NCBI GenBank assembly: GCA_001179505.1
Contig: CDMY01000499.1
Span: forward strand, 186,001-250,000
Length of the DNA stretch: 64,000 nt
DNA from: Vitrella brassicaformis CCMP3155
Lineage: Eukaryota > Protista > Chromerida
Direction: 5' to 3'
In this document: in pieces, positions 1 to 13,200 of the stretch
Numbering within the stretch: position 1 is the first letter of the stretch
How the letters are laid out: every line of letters starts with the position of its first letter
Made by a program: the position numbers and the translations under genes
Notes under the pieces: model-generated
Databases searched by the model: none
Told to the model about the DNA's origin: nothing
Seen by the model: only the letters and a program-made list of their open reading frames with translations

Positions 1-350
1 TCTCACCATCAATACGCCTCCTCCTGACGACCAGGCCTTCACCACTCGAGTTGCGATGGAAAGAACAAAGCCTAAATCATGCTATTCTGCCATTCCTTCA
101 GTAGCGATCGAATGCGAGACAGAATTCCTGGCCTTGGCCAGCCTGCGCATGCACTCGGCTCCATGCCTACTCCTCACTCGGCAAATGCCGAACGGATTGA
201 AAAGGTTGCGGGGGTTGCATCCACATCCCGGTATCAGCTTCTCAGGTGAATGCGTGCACTTTGCCATGCGGCTACACAGTCAGTTGCTATGACGGTCGTA
301 GCAGTCCATAGACTAAATGCATTCACCCACTCATCATGAGATCCATCGAG

Positions 351-1578
351 TCAATATCCATAGTGCATCTGACGGAAGCGTTCCGCCATGAGAATGCTGC
401 CAGCCACCCCTGCATTCAGGCTGTCAGCTGTATGTGCCGCCATGGGGACGTATAGAGGCTGTATGCTGCCGTCATGAATGCTCTCACGCACCTGATACAC
501 ACACAGGACACCAAGATGTGTCTGCAGTCTTCGTGTCGTTGTGTTTGACCATCGTTTTAACCGACCGGCTCACTGAGGCCATGCGGCTCGCCACCGACGA
601 TGATTGACGAGGGTTGTGTCAAATCAGCCTGACACGTACACAGACAGGCAGGCAGACAGGTAATCCGTGCGACTTGATGCAACCTCCCCCACCCCTTGCA
701 GACCTGGTAGCACACAATTGGCTGCCTCTCTGCTTCTCCTCTCTCATCCGCATCTCCAGTGGCCGACGCATCAGCCGCAAATAGGCGAAGGTCCCTTTCC
801 CTGTGCTTGACAAGCGTGTGCGTCTTCCATCCATCTGACATGACAATGGGGAGGTGGAAGGTGGCGCCCATAGCCGCTCGCAGGCACTTTTGGCTCCATG
901 GGTCGGCTGTATTGGGCAGGCACTCGATCCAATCGATGTTGAAGGCCCTGCAACAAGACAGCGCATGGCAATGCCACCCTTATGTGCACACACAGGGCAG
1001 GGCAGTGTCTGTTCTCACCTTGCGCTGCGAATGAGAGTGCCGACGTTGCCTGGGTCGCGAAGGCCATCCAGCACCAAGACCAAGCGTGGCTGCGCAGGCA
1101 GTCTCCATCGAGGCCGCTGGACGGCCGCCACGAGCATCGGAGGCGTCTTGACATCGCTCAACAGACGCATCAACGAGCTGTCCACCCTGACACAAGCGAA
1201 CAAACGCGCGTAGACGCATGGGTGCAATGCATCGACCATTGTTGTGCGCACGTTTGTACGAGCGTACCTGATCACTTTGCCTGAGTCCAGCCGCCCAAGG
1301 AGGTCCCTCACCCGCCTTCCCGCACCGCCTTCCAGCGCACGGTCCGCGAAAGCAATGGACTCCACTACAGGCTCCTGCAAGAGGCAGGGATGGGACGAGC
1401 CGACGTTGATGGTGTCCTCTAGAATGCGAATGCCCTCCAGCAACACCAAGCCGCTCTCCTCTCGAGCACTCTTGTCGCGAAGTGCCCGAAGTCGCTTGAG
1501 GGATGGGTGCCGAGATGACGTGATGGGCGGGAGAGCAAGGGGTTCGAAGAGCAGCAGCAGGGGCAGGCATAGGTGCAT
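351..1578 (-). CDS. SpoU/TrmH-family (SPOUT) RNA 2'-O-methyltransferase, multi-exon
   Basis: Spliced translation gives LVLVLDGLRDPGNVGTLIRSA, PKVLRAAMGATFHLPI, IIVGGEPHGLS and VPMAAHTADSLNAGVAGSILMAE, which are SpoU motifs I-III. N-terminal ITSSRHPSLKRLRAL resembles the SpoU substrate-binding domain. Stop TGA at 351-353. Start codon uncertain. Confidence 0.9.
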
Positions 1579-1804
1579 AGGGCGGGAGATAAATGCCGGA
1601 CGGGCGGACGGGCAAAGGAAATGGAGGGATACGCAGGCAGGTAGTGGGTGGTCAGATCACTGAGGCCGCACGCGGATCTTCAGATCAGAGCATTTCCGAG
1701 CGAAAAAGAAAAAGCTCGTCCCTATTGCGAGCTGTGAGAAGTTGCAGACCTCCCGCCTTCTTCCGGCGAAAGCAGGACATCTAAACAGCCTCACGGCGGT
1801 GGAG

Positions 1805-3559
1805 ATGAACCATTTCCGCCGGCGCACATTCATCCCAGCTTCCCGGACGATGACCCTCTCATCGGCCCAGCTGTCGGCTGACGAAGGAAGGCGCTCCAAG
1901 CTGGTTGCACGTGTGGTGGCTGCGTGCAAGAACGAGAGCATGGTCGATGCGCGGCACTGGGAGAGGCTGGCAGTGGACCTGAGGGCCAGCACAAGGGATC
2001 TGGGCGTGAGTGATCTCTTGCAGTGTGCTGAGGCGTTGAGGGGCAGCATGAAGCAGCGGAGATCTGCAGCAATGGAAGAGGTGCGCACCTGCAAAGACAA
2101 CAGACAATTCTCTTGACATCTTGTCTTGTCCTGTGTGTCAGGTTGCCACCGGTCTGTCTGAGCTGCTGCAGCCGGCGGGCGGCTCTCTGTCTATGGACGA
2201 GACTATCGCTGCTGTCGTCACTCTAGGCGCCGTCAAACTCCGCCATCCCTCCTTCTGGCCACGAGCAGCGGTGCACCTGACTTCCCTTCTCGATGCAGCC
2301 GCCCTTGATGTGCCCTCCCTCGCCGATGTCCTTGCCATCGTTGATGCGTTCAGCCGGGTCCTTCATCATGACCATCATCTCGTGGACGCACTGCAGAGGA
2401 GGCTTGTCGCCCGAGAAGACGAGATGACGCTGCAGCAGCTGATTGACGCGTTGGCCAGCCTGCAGCGGCTGCAGAGAAGGGATGTTGGGCTGGCGAGGAG
2501 GTGCTGCGCTATGGTGACTTCCTGTGTAGAAGGTGGTGGTGATGATGAGGGTCCGCCGATCTTGCCGACGCACATTGTGGATATGCTGTTGAAAGTGCTG
2601 CGGCCACATGGGAGACCCGATGCGTGTCTGGCCCTGCCGGCCATGGCTGGTGCGGACGATGGACACATCGAGGGAAGGGGTGATGGTGGTGCAGAGGGTG
2701 GGTATCTTTCTGATGGTGAAGTGTCTGCGGCAGTGGATCGCCTGGCGCGTTGGTCGAGGCACCATGTGTGGGAGATGAAGGCAGAGGAGAGAGCTGCGGT
2801 GTTCCTGGGGCTGGTCACACTCAAGTGTAGACAGCATGAGGTGCTGGTAAGCATGAAAGGGGACAGCGAAGAGACGCTTTGTTGGATTGTGTGTGTGTGT
2901 GTGTGTGTGTGCAGAATGCGTTACTGACGACGATACAGCGGTTGAGCCTCCCCAAGTTGAGGCGTGATGGCTATCTGGCGACTCTCAAGGCGCTCACACT
3001 GCTGCTGACCCACCCGCTGCATCATGAAGTACACAGACACACGCATCCACTCGTCCGCGCGTGTGATTGATGATGTCTGTGTGTCCACGCAGGGCGAGCT
3101 CACGGCAGGGCGGCTTCGGGCGGCGGCCAACCAGATCATACACCGAATGAACAAGGTGAGAGCTGCGTGTGTCCCCTGATGTGTGCATCTACCCCTTCCT
3201 CTCCATCTCTCTGTGTGTGGCGTCTACTAGGTGGGTGTTGTCGACAGTTTGCTTGTGGGCCAGCTGCTGGAGTTCCTCGTCTGTGTCGTCACCCTGCAAT
3301 ACCCACTCATGGTCAGCACGGCACCTAGATGGACACATCAAGCTTTGCAGGGGTCTGTCTGTCTGTTCGTGTGTATGTCCGTGTGCAGGAGAGTCTGTGC
3401 ATCGCTCGAGTGCTGCGCTCGAAGGCCATGTATCTGACCGAAGCTCATCTACGGCAGCTGGAGGACATCCTGCCGTCACTGAGTGAGAGCAGCAGCCACG
3501 CCGATCGGTTGCTGGAGGAGCTGAGGGGCCAGGGGAGACAGCAGGGGGGTGCTGAGTAG
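1805..3559 (+). CDS. Alpha-helical repeat protein (HPR/OPR-like), probably organelle-targeted RNA-binding, multi-exon
   Basis: Arg/Ser-rich N-terminus MNHFRRRTFIPASRTMTLSS. ~36-aa helical units such as LADVLAIVDAFSRVLHHDHHLVDALQRRLVAREDEM / TLQQLIDALASLQRLQRRDVGL. GT-AG introns join ORFs 1742, 2121, 2879, 3231 and 3329. Family call is by eye. Confidence 0.55.
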
Positions 3560-3951
3560 AGCGATGCAGTCATCCTACATGACATTTGTGGCAATGAGCG
3601 CACAAACCTTCACACGCGAAGTTCGAAGGACCTGTCTGTCTGTATGTCTGTCCATTTACTGCACCACGTACGTCGCATAAAGTCCCTGAGGCTCATTCGA
3701 CGACTGAAACACGCTAGCACACAAATGAAGACTTTCGTCGCGCGATGAATACACAAATACAGCGAGTATACTAGAGGCAGAAACGTTCGTGTGTACAGTA
3801 TTACGTGGGCCGATACAGAAGGCACAACAGCTGTGCACATGAAAGTGAATTGGCAATGAGGGAACATCTACTCACAGGAGAGTGCTACTGAAGTGACACA
3901 TTGAGATACGCTACAACCACCAAAACTTCCCCGCCATCCGCTTCGCTTCAC

Positions 3952-6796
3952 TCACAAGTACACCTGCTGAGTGTCTGTGATGGGCTGTCGACATCTCGGG
4001 CACAGCCGCTCGGCCGGGGGACCGCTCATCAACACGCCAGCACACCCACCACACAGACAGATGTGGCGCTGCATGCACACGTGGGCACCAAACAGACATG
4101 GGATAATGACGGCAGCACGGCGTGACACTGTTGTGCTTACACATGGGACGAGTAGAGTTGACTTGTAGTTGTCCATGCACACATCGCACTTCAAACCGTC
4201 GTCCGCTGCTGCCGTGGGGGCGGCCGGTGGGGTATCAACGCCGGCCTGCTGCTGCTGCTGCTGCTGCTGCAGGTGGTGACTCGACTGGACAAACCTGGAG
4301 GACAACAAGATGGCATTCATACACGAAGAGACATGTGGATGGATGTCGCTCTCATGTCGATTGGCTCACTTCCACTGGACCTCTTGCAGCTGCCGTATCA
4401 GCGCATCGTTCTCCTGATCCTTGTGGCTCAGTTGTCGGCGGAGCTGACCCACCAGATGCTCGGCAGCAGCAGCACTGTCCGTCCCGACCTCGCCCTCTCC
4501 CCCGCCACAGCGCCCTCTCTGTCCATCCGCTGTGTGTGAGCTGCTGCCGGCCGATACGGACGTCCGCTGTGCGAATGCCGTGTTGGTGTCAATGGTGCTG
4601 GGCGATGCTGCTGGTCGATCGGCACCCTGACGCTCAGATGCGGCGAGTGGGCGCACAAGTGCGTGTGGAGGCGGGTGCTGCGGTCGGGGGGGCAATGCCG
4701 AGGAGCCGATGGACGGCGGCATAGCAGCCATCAGGACGAGGGGCGGGGGGCCGCTGACCACAGCACGATGCACACACATGACATACAGATGATGCACATA
4801 TCTCTCTCTCTGTCTGTCTGTAAGTGTCTGTGTACCGGTGTGAGCGTGTCTGGGTGGGCACGTGAGTGACCAGCCCACGGCCAGCAGCGGGCCGCCGTGC
4901 AGCAGACGACGAGAAAGGCCGACCACTGATACTACACCACACACACGGATGCACCCATGGAGTGGGCAGCCATCCGAGTGAGTATGGTATTCGACTTACC
5001 TGAGCGGCTGTGTTTGGGTCACAGGTGCATGCTGGAGTGTAAGGGCCGGCTCTTGTTGGTCTGGGCGTGCCTTCTTGTTTGGTTTCTTTCGACCCCTGAC
5101 GACGGGCACGAACTCTCCATCGCTGTCCTCACGATCGACAGGCGAGGTGGCGGGGGCAGGGACGGCAGATGAAACATCACACGACGGTGAAGGGGCAGCA
5201 CTGCACAGACACAGAAGGGAGAGGGAGAGAGCGTGTCAGTGAGGCAATGAGGCCGTCTTCACTGTGGCTGTGTGTGGTTACGGTTGGGGGTCGGCAGATG
5301 AGGCGGAGGGCGGCTGCTCGTCTGCGTCGGTGTCGACGACACCAGTGCTTACACTAAAGACAGACAGACCGACAGACCGACAGAACACAAGTCCTCCCCG
5401 ACAGATCTGATGGCCACTCGTGGGTGTATGGGTCAGCCCACCTGCTTGGTTCCTCGTCATCAATCGCCTCACTCTCTATTGACACTGACTGCTGCTGCCC
5501 GTGCTGCTGCTGCTCGTGCTGCTGCGGGTGTCCGCCGCCCTTGCCGTCCTTCTTGCCGCCCCTTTTGGCTTTCTTGGCCTTGTCCTTCACCTCCTCCCCG
5601 ATGAGCCTCGCCGCGATCTTCGCCGCTTTGGCGGCACCACTCTCCTGCTGCTGCTGCTGCTGCTGCTGTGGTGGGGCGCTCGGCTGGTTCATCTCCTTGT
5701 GGATGTCCTGCACGAGTTTGCGGACGTAGCGCCGGCGCGGTGTGGTGGTCCGAATGAGCTGGATGTCGGCACCGTGCCGCAGCAGTGTGCCGATCACCTG
5801 CCTGGCCCTGTCGACCGCCTCCGGTGCTGCCTTGTCTCTCAGAAGCAAGGACAGCACAAACCCAGCATACTCCAGCAGCGAGATGCCCTCTGCGTTCGTG
5901 TGCTGCCTCTTGTTGATCTCCTCCCTCCCGAGACGCTGGCACAGCCACTCCACCACACACGGCGCACCCGCGTGTACGGCGCTGCCAAGGGGCGTATATC
6001 TATCACCAGTCCTGGCGGTAATGGAAGCGCCGTGCTCGGCCAGCAGGGTGAGGTAAGAGCGCAGGAACTCCGCCGACATGAAGCCCTCCGCCGATCCGGA
6101 CATGTGGATGGGGGTCATCGTCTGCTTGCCGTCGCGGTACTCCTCACTTGCAAGTGTGGGATCCTGTTGAAGCACACGACGGTACGCCTTCAGCAGAGCG
6201 GCCTCGTACTGGAAGGAGGGAGGGAACGGAAGGTAGGGCTGGTTTGGCAGGAAAGCCAGGTACATCCCTTGGGTGACCGCACCAGCCCTGAGCAGCGCAT
6301 CGACGGCCGTGACGTTGGCACACGAGCGGGCAGCCGGCAGAGGCCGAAAACCTTCACCCGGCCGAAAGTTGGCATTGGCCCCGGCATCGATGAGTGCTTC
6401 GAGCACCGCCTGCTGCAGCTCGCGAGATGGCCACGGAGGGAGGGTCAAACGCGTGTCGGTGTTGCGGACGACGATGGCGTCGATGATGACCAAGGACAGC
6501 AACCCAACAGGCGGCACTCGACGGGACGCCAGGTGCACCTCAATGGCCACGTCCGCGTCGGCCCCCTCTCTACACAGACGAGTGACATCGTCAGCCGATG
6601 TGATGGTGCGGCAGGCGGCTCGGGCCGCCAGCTCCATGGTGGCAGGATGACTGCCACCCTCGCTGTAGTCGACCTGGACGACCTTGGAGCAGCCCTGGGG
6701 CTCGAGCAGCTCCCTCAGGCTGCGAGAATGAGGGTCTTCCAGTGCAGGCTCCCACTCCTGGTCCCATATGGTGTAACTGTGGGGCTCCTCGGACAT
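3952..6796 (-). CDS. Ankyrin-repeat protein with coiled coil and C-terminal C3HC4 RING (putative E3 ligase)
   Basis: ORF 5354-6835 has ankyrin-like units (ALIDAGANAN, LLAEHGASIT...TPLGSAVHAG, LLRHGADI). Spliced C-terminus reads CDVCMDNYKSTLLVPC/RHICLCGGCA...CPRCRQPITDTQQVYL*. Poly-Q and Lys-rich linkers lie between. Confidence 0.8.
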
Positions 6797-7958
6797 CTCA
6801 CCAGGGTAACGGCAAGCACCGGCCGTCTGCAGCAAAGAGGAACAAAATGAAGAGAAGTGAAGGGAGATCTGTGCAAGGACGGGAGGCTGACCTGTGATCT
6901 CAACACGACGTCAGACGGTTGGTTGGTTGTTGTGTTTAACGGGACTCGTGTCTGTAATCCCGAGGGGATCCTGTCCAGGTCACGCACTAAACTAGCAGCA
7001 TGCCCATGCATAAAAGCATGCACACGGCCTGTCTCCCCATCCCACCCACCCACCACCCACTCGACACGCACGTGCCACCCTATGATGGTCAGAAAATCGC
7101 TGTCGGCAACGGTTGCAGGTATATGAGAATGACAGCCAGACATAGGCAAGACACCCAGAGGCTAGTCAGAGAGCTCGACGTCGAGCGCCCACTGATCTAA
7201 GACATGCTGTTCGTACAGCAGCTCGTCGGGGCGACGCGGGAGTTCAGATGCGAGCTATTCCAAGTAAAGGGCCCCCGCAAGCGCGTGCCCTTAGAGCCGC
7301 GCATCGGGCGGGGAAGGCGGCAGTGGTGCTTGCAGTGGCAGTACGATGATGAGTGGCACGAGTGGCTCCAATGGCCGTCGAGAGGTATCATCGCTTCATC
7401 TCATATATGGTCAGGTCCGCAATGAGCTCAGTGAATTCTGTGGCGTGTCAAGTGCAGGAAGGAACTCGCTAGGATTACACTCATGCAGACAGGCAGGCGA
7501 GTGAGACACGGGGTCAGTCCGAGAAAGCATGGAGTATGCGTGTGAAGTATGTGTGTGAAAGATGTATGTATCATGTGCATCTTACGATGTCCCCTCTCCC
7601 AACTCGCACTAATGACATACCCACACAATAATTCATGATGGGATGGATTGAAACATAACATATCCATGTACACATGCACACAGGCAGGGGCACACAGTCA
7701 TACGTCACACAGTCAATACGTCTTAGCTTGCAGCACTTCGACTGCTCCAATGACACGCTGCACCATTAATGGCTACAGACAGCATCACTCATATCATGTG
7801 AGGGCTTACTTCTCCTCCCATACCCATCCATACACACATCCATCCATCCAGGCAGACAATCAGTCAGTCGTACGCACCCATGGACGAACACGCAACACAT
7901 CCATCGAAATACACATGGGCACGAGCAGAACAAACACTTTGTGCTCCCAGACAATTGA

Positions 7959-8006
7959 CACAAACGTCGGCTGCGCACACACGACAAACATCGGCTGCGC
8001 ACACAC
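7959..8006. repeat. ~24-bp tandem duplication in intergenic DNA
   Basis: acaaacgtcggctgcgcacacacg followed by acaaacatcggctgcgcacacacg. Confidence 0.8.
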
Positions 8007-8909
8007 GCGGAGGCGGTGGTCACTGGGTTGCGGGAACACCCACATACAGGTCGGTTGTGTGTGCGGCAGACGGTCGATACACATCCATTCACTCCATGTC
8101 AACGTCCTCCTGTCTGTCTGCTCTACCTTCCTGTTCGTACGCACCTTGTCGGAGGGATAGGCGGAACTCGTGACACAGATCCACAAAGACAAACACGATG
8201 CGAGATGTCCACGTCGAATCAAGATCAGATGTATTCTCACCCTCCACAAAGCTTGAAAGCCACAGCATCAGACAGCCACAGACGAACACTGTTGCAGAGT
8301 TGTGTGTTACTGTATGTACACACAGACACCAACAACGTGTGCTGGAGTGATCACCACGTTGTGCGTCGCTCAATGTGGCACACGACAGGGATGACGGACA
8401 GGCACCTTGACATACATCAGTTGCCTCCTTCCTAATGTGTTTGTTCGTGTTCTTGCAGGCCCTCCGTCGCCGTGACCACCCTCATGCCTTCTTCGGACTC
8501 GATGCTGATGCACTGTCGCTTGTGATGCCAGAAGAAACACCTTTTCTGCCTCTTCTTTCCACTTGTCATCTTGATCTTTACAGTCTTCGCTCTCGACGCT
8601 CAAGAGAAAGATCCGCAGCAAAGATCCGCAGCATGCAGCGGTTTCAGGAATTACCCTAGGCAGCCAGGCGGCAACACCCATGTTGTCAAACTCGCTGCCT
8701 TTTGTCCTGACGTTTCAACGCGCTGGGTGAGTAGTGGGGGTGCCAGCAACAGCACTGGTGTGGGGTGACCCTTTGTTTTTTCAGTTCGACCGTGATCGAC
8801 CGTTTTGTCTGACCCGGACGCCCTCCGTCTGAGAAAGACGACGACCGTGCTGAACTGTCAGCCCGATTCGCGAACTCTCCCCTCTGCATGATAAAGGTTT
8901 CGCTCTAGA

Positions 8910-9919
8910 ATGGGCAACGTAGAGGGAACAGTGACCCATCGTTGGTTTCAGGGAAGAATTGGGTTGAAGGAGGAGAGGGCTGTCCACCAAGCACTCAACC
9001 GGACGAGTCTGAGCGAAGTGGACAAGGCTGTGCATTATCGGTACCTCTTAGACCACAAAGTAAGCAAGCAACAACACACACAAACGAAAACATGATGTAC
9101 ACACGCCCTTTCCTTGCGCCTTTTCTGCGGGCCGCCTGTCTGTCTGGCTGGCTGGCTACTAGTACCTCTTCACTGGCCTCGCTCGCCACCTGGATGATGA
9201 TGAGGCCTTCCTCGACTACCTGCAGACACACGTGCGCCCAGAATCTGTCCAAGGTAGGCAGATAGACAGGTCTGTACAGCCGGTGTTGCCCAGCGGCCCG
9301 CCATCGATGGCGCTGGTTGTGTTGTGTTGTGTTGTGTGCTCCGTTCAGAATGGAATGAGTGGGCGGAAGAGGCGAGGCAAGTCATGGAGGCAGGTTTGTG
9401 TACACATGTGGGAAGGGGGGAGGGGAGGGGGACTTTAGATGTGTGCGCCGCGCCGCCCACACATGAGTATGTCTATATCTGTGTTGTCTGTGCTGATTGG
9501 GGGGTGCAGATCAAGAACAACGGGAGGACACGTACGTACGCGGGCGTGCATTGATTGCAGCTGAAGGACTCACTGACTCACTGATGACTGACTGCAGAGA
9601 TGTAAGTGGTGCTGATGAGGTGCTCCCCCACATAGACGACGAGCTACTCCCGACAGGCAAGTGAAGAGAAGAGCGAGGGAGGGAGGGATGCACGCCTTGC
9701 TTGATTGGTGAGTGACCTCCACCACCTCTTTCTTTTCATATCTACCTATGTCTCTATCTATCAGATATCGGTGAGAATATGTCGGTGGGTCAGCGGTTTC
9801 TTCCTCAGCAAGCAGCTGCAGGGGGCCCGTCGAGCGCTGCCTACCAACGGAAAGGCACAGGATCTCAGCATTGCATCGAGGCTGATGCTGACGACAGTGT
9901 TCGGCGTAAGAAAGAGTGA
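8910..9919 (+). CDS. Hypothetical protein, multi-exon
   Basis: Exons MGNVEGTVTHRWFQG...LLDHK / YLFTGLARHLDDDEAFLDYLQTHVRPESVQ / EWNEWAEEARQVMEA / DVSGADEVLPHIDDELLPT / DIGENMSVGQ...RKKE* joined by plausible splice sites. No recognisable domain. Confidence 0.5.
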
Positions 9920-10264
9920 CTGATTTCCACACTTGCCTTCTGTGTGTTCGGGTCAATGACAATGCGCGCCGTGTTTCGTAGTAAGGGACACTCATGTAGA
10001 GAAGAGGAAGGGGCCGAGGTGACGTTTGTCTATCCATGTGGTGCGTGCTGTGTCCGGCGTGGGCACATGGCGATGCGTTGGTGTATGTGCGACAAAAGGA
10101 CAAGGCGATGGACGTTCAATGTCTTGTGTATGTGGCCGGGGGAAATGCTCGTCAACTGTGCCCTCTGTTGTCATCTGCAGCACGCGACTCAGAAATAAGG
10201 GGGCCAGGGGGCAAGGTCGCGAGCTTAGCGCGCGCGTTTGGTCGATTTGTTTTCCCGTTGCCAG

Positions 10265-13200
10265 TATGTCGTCAGACGTTGCCCAGCTGCTCAGCCGTGC
10301 CCAGAGGAACGCATCTGCAATGGCGGCCAGTCTGGCAGCCGCCACCAAAAGCGACAACACTCCCGAGGGCTCACCTCAGTACCGCAGCAAGGCCGTCGGT
10401 GCTGAGGTCCTGCAGCTGCCGCCCTCGCCCCAGTCACAGCTACCGCCCTCACCCACAAACATCGACGTCACCAACGGGCCCAGCATTTCTGTCGCAGCCG
10501 CACAGGCGTCTGTCGAGGGCCGGGACAGTCGATTTGGGGCCAGCGGAGGGGCTGATCAGTTGCTGGCGAGTGGTGCGGGCAACACGATGAATTGGCGGTC
10601 GACAGGCGGGACGGAGATGCGGCTCGGTGATGTGACGGCCGACGTCAATGCCAACACAATGGACTTCCTCGAGGTGAGTGCTCGGACGGTTGACGATTTG
10701 CTTTGTGTGTCTGTGTGTGTATGTGTGCAGGAGCAGAATCAGTGTCGACTGCTGCGTGTGAGTGACCCTGGTGGCCAGCTGGATGTCCTCGACTACATCC
10801 AATATTTGGGAATCGACCTGCAGGTCAAAGACATACGCAATCACGCAGCAAAAAGAGAAGGACAGATGCATATTGGAGTGTTTGCGTTTTTTGTGTGTTT
10901 GTGCTTAGCTGGAGCCTCATTTGAGTTGGATAGCCCGCGAGATGCTGGCCGCTCCCATGCCTCCAGGTGCCGAGATGCTCAGTAAGTAAGCAGACACACA
11001 AGCAACAAGCAAGGACAGACAGCATAGACCATCCTGGTCTCGTGTGAGCAGTCAGCAAGCTGGGCATAGTGTACTTCTATGACGTCGAGAACGATTTCTT
11101 CACGCTCGAGCACCCACTCACACAGAGGTGACAATCAGTGGCTATCAAAAGCAACCCAGTCAGCTTGTCACTCTCTGTCTCTCTGTTAGGTACCTGAAGG
11201 CTCTTGAGAAGAGCCGCATCGAGACCCTGGCACTGAGCATATCGCCGCTCACACAGGGTCTGCTACTGCGGCAGCCCGATGTGCTCTTCCACAGAGAATT
11301 CAGGACGCTGCAAATACCCTGCCAAGTGAGATCGATGCGAGACGGGTGGAGAGATGGCCGCTTCATTGATTGAGTGTGTGTCTGTGTCAGGATTGCGGTG
11401 TGTTTCCGTCGGCTTTGGTGTGTCGTCAGTGTCTCATGTCGTTCTGCGACAATTGCTTCCAGCTGCTGCACAACAAGGCAAGACAAGCACACACAGCGAA
11501 TGAGTGTCTCCCGACTGCATTGTGGGTGTCTCTGTATGTCAAGGGTCGTCGCGCTGAGCACCAGTGGCAGAGAACAGTGATGGGCAGCTCGTGCTCCGTC
11601 TTCACCAATAAGAAACCACAATGCTATTGCGCCGCCTGCGAAGTCAGTAACAGAACAGAATATGGCAACCGCCCAGTGTCATGAGCAGCCTGACTTTTGT
11701 GTGTTGTGTTCGTTGCAGGATTTCTTCTCTTTCGAAGGCTACAAGAGTGTGCATTCTCGTGGCGGCCGCACCAACCATGCCGCGATGCTGCTGCCAGTGG
11801 CCGACAGCGAACTCATCGACACATCGGTCGGGAATAACTGAGAAAGCGGAGGGCAGATTTCAAATGCATGGAAGCACTGCCGTTGCAGGTTAAGTGTGAG
11901 GAGTGCGATGACCGTCCGGCCGCCTTCCTGTGCGATCAGTGCGGCGATCGGTTCTGCCCGCCATGCTTCTGGAGATGCCACTTCAACGGTAATCACTGAC
12001 ACACCGAGACACAGATTACCCATTCGATGGCTGTGTCTGCGTATGTGGGTGCAGGGAATCGGCGGTATCACACGGTGAGCAAGGCCGCGGTGGCGCCTCT
12101 TTGCTCCCAGTGTGAGGAGACCAGGGCGTCCGTCTTCTGCGAACAGTGCCAGGTGAAGTCAGCTCTTTCTATCTGATACCTGCACAGGCGCATAAACAAT
12201 TGTGCTATGTTGTGCCAGGAATTGTACTGCACGGAGTGCTTCACGCTGATGCACGTCAAGGGCAACCGCCGCCTGCACCTCTTTTCTGACGCCATGAACT
12301 TCCTGCTCCTGCTCGAAACCATGGACCCACACATGCACGTACGCACAAAGAGACACAGACTATGACCGCTCCAACAGCGCACACTCATCCATGCGTCTGC
12401 TGTGGACACAGGAGGCGTTTCGACTCGCCCAGCGTCGCATCATGCGTCAGATCTGTCGGCTGCAGGCGTGGATGCGGGGCATCGATGCCCGTCGGTACTT
12501 CACCAAACACAGGGCGACGGTGCTCAAGATCCAGAGGATGTGGCGCGGGGCGAGGGCCCGCGCCAAGCTGGCTCGCGTCCTGGACCACCTGAGGTGGCGG
12601 CGGAAGAACATCAACGACTGGCTGCTGGACAAGGAAGTCCTCAGGCAGAGACGCCAGCTCAAACAGATGTTCAAGACGGAGAAATTCAAGGAACAGCTCG
12701 TCCTCAGGAAAACCAAGAGGACCGTCGACGTAGGCCGACAGGACACAGACACACACACAGTCAAGACACAAACGCACCGGTGTTGGTTGATGCAGGCGCT
12801 GCGTGGTGCGATCGAGGAGTCCGCGGGTGTGAATCCTCTGGAGGACATCGAGACGCTGAAACGGACTTTGCAAGCTCAACCACCGAAGCGCAGAGAGGAG
12901 AGGGAGGAGGTGCCAGCGTCACCAGTCGACAAGACGGCCAAGTGGGAGACGCTGCGGCGTGCGCTGGTCGCCCCACCTGAAGGCACGGGACCCATAGCAT
13001 TGCCGCCCCCGCTGCACGGACCTGAGGGCCCTGTGGCTGAGTCAGTGATCAGGAAGATGGCCGCACTCAAGAAGAAGGTGACGAGATACCATATCCGTGG
13101 CATTTCTGTGAACAGTCGTGGTCTGCGTGCAGGAGCCCGGTCCGTCTCTGTCTCTCCGTTTGCGCGACGAGGCGGCCCAACGGCGGCTAAGCGGCACCAA

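Noticed and set aside
5501-6850. 449-aa plus-strand ORF, and similar long antisense ORFs (25077-26264, 54144-54929)
   Set aside because: Shadow ORFs of GC-rich coding exons on the opposite strand, with no domain-like content.
7150-7425. Stop-interrupted protein-like text upstream of the ankyrin gene
   Set aside because: Resemblance to ankyrin-family fragments is too weak to call without alignment.
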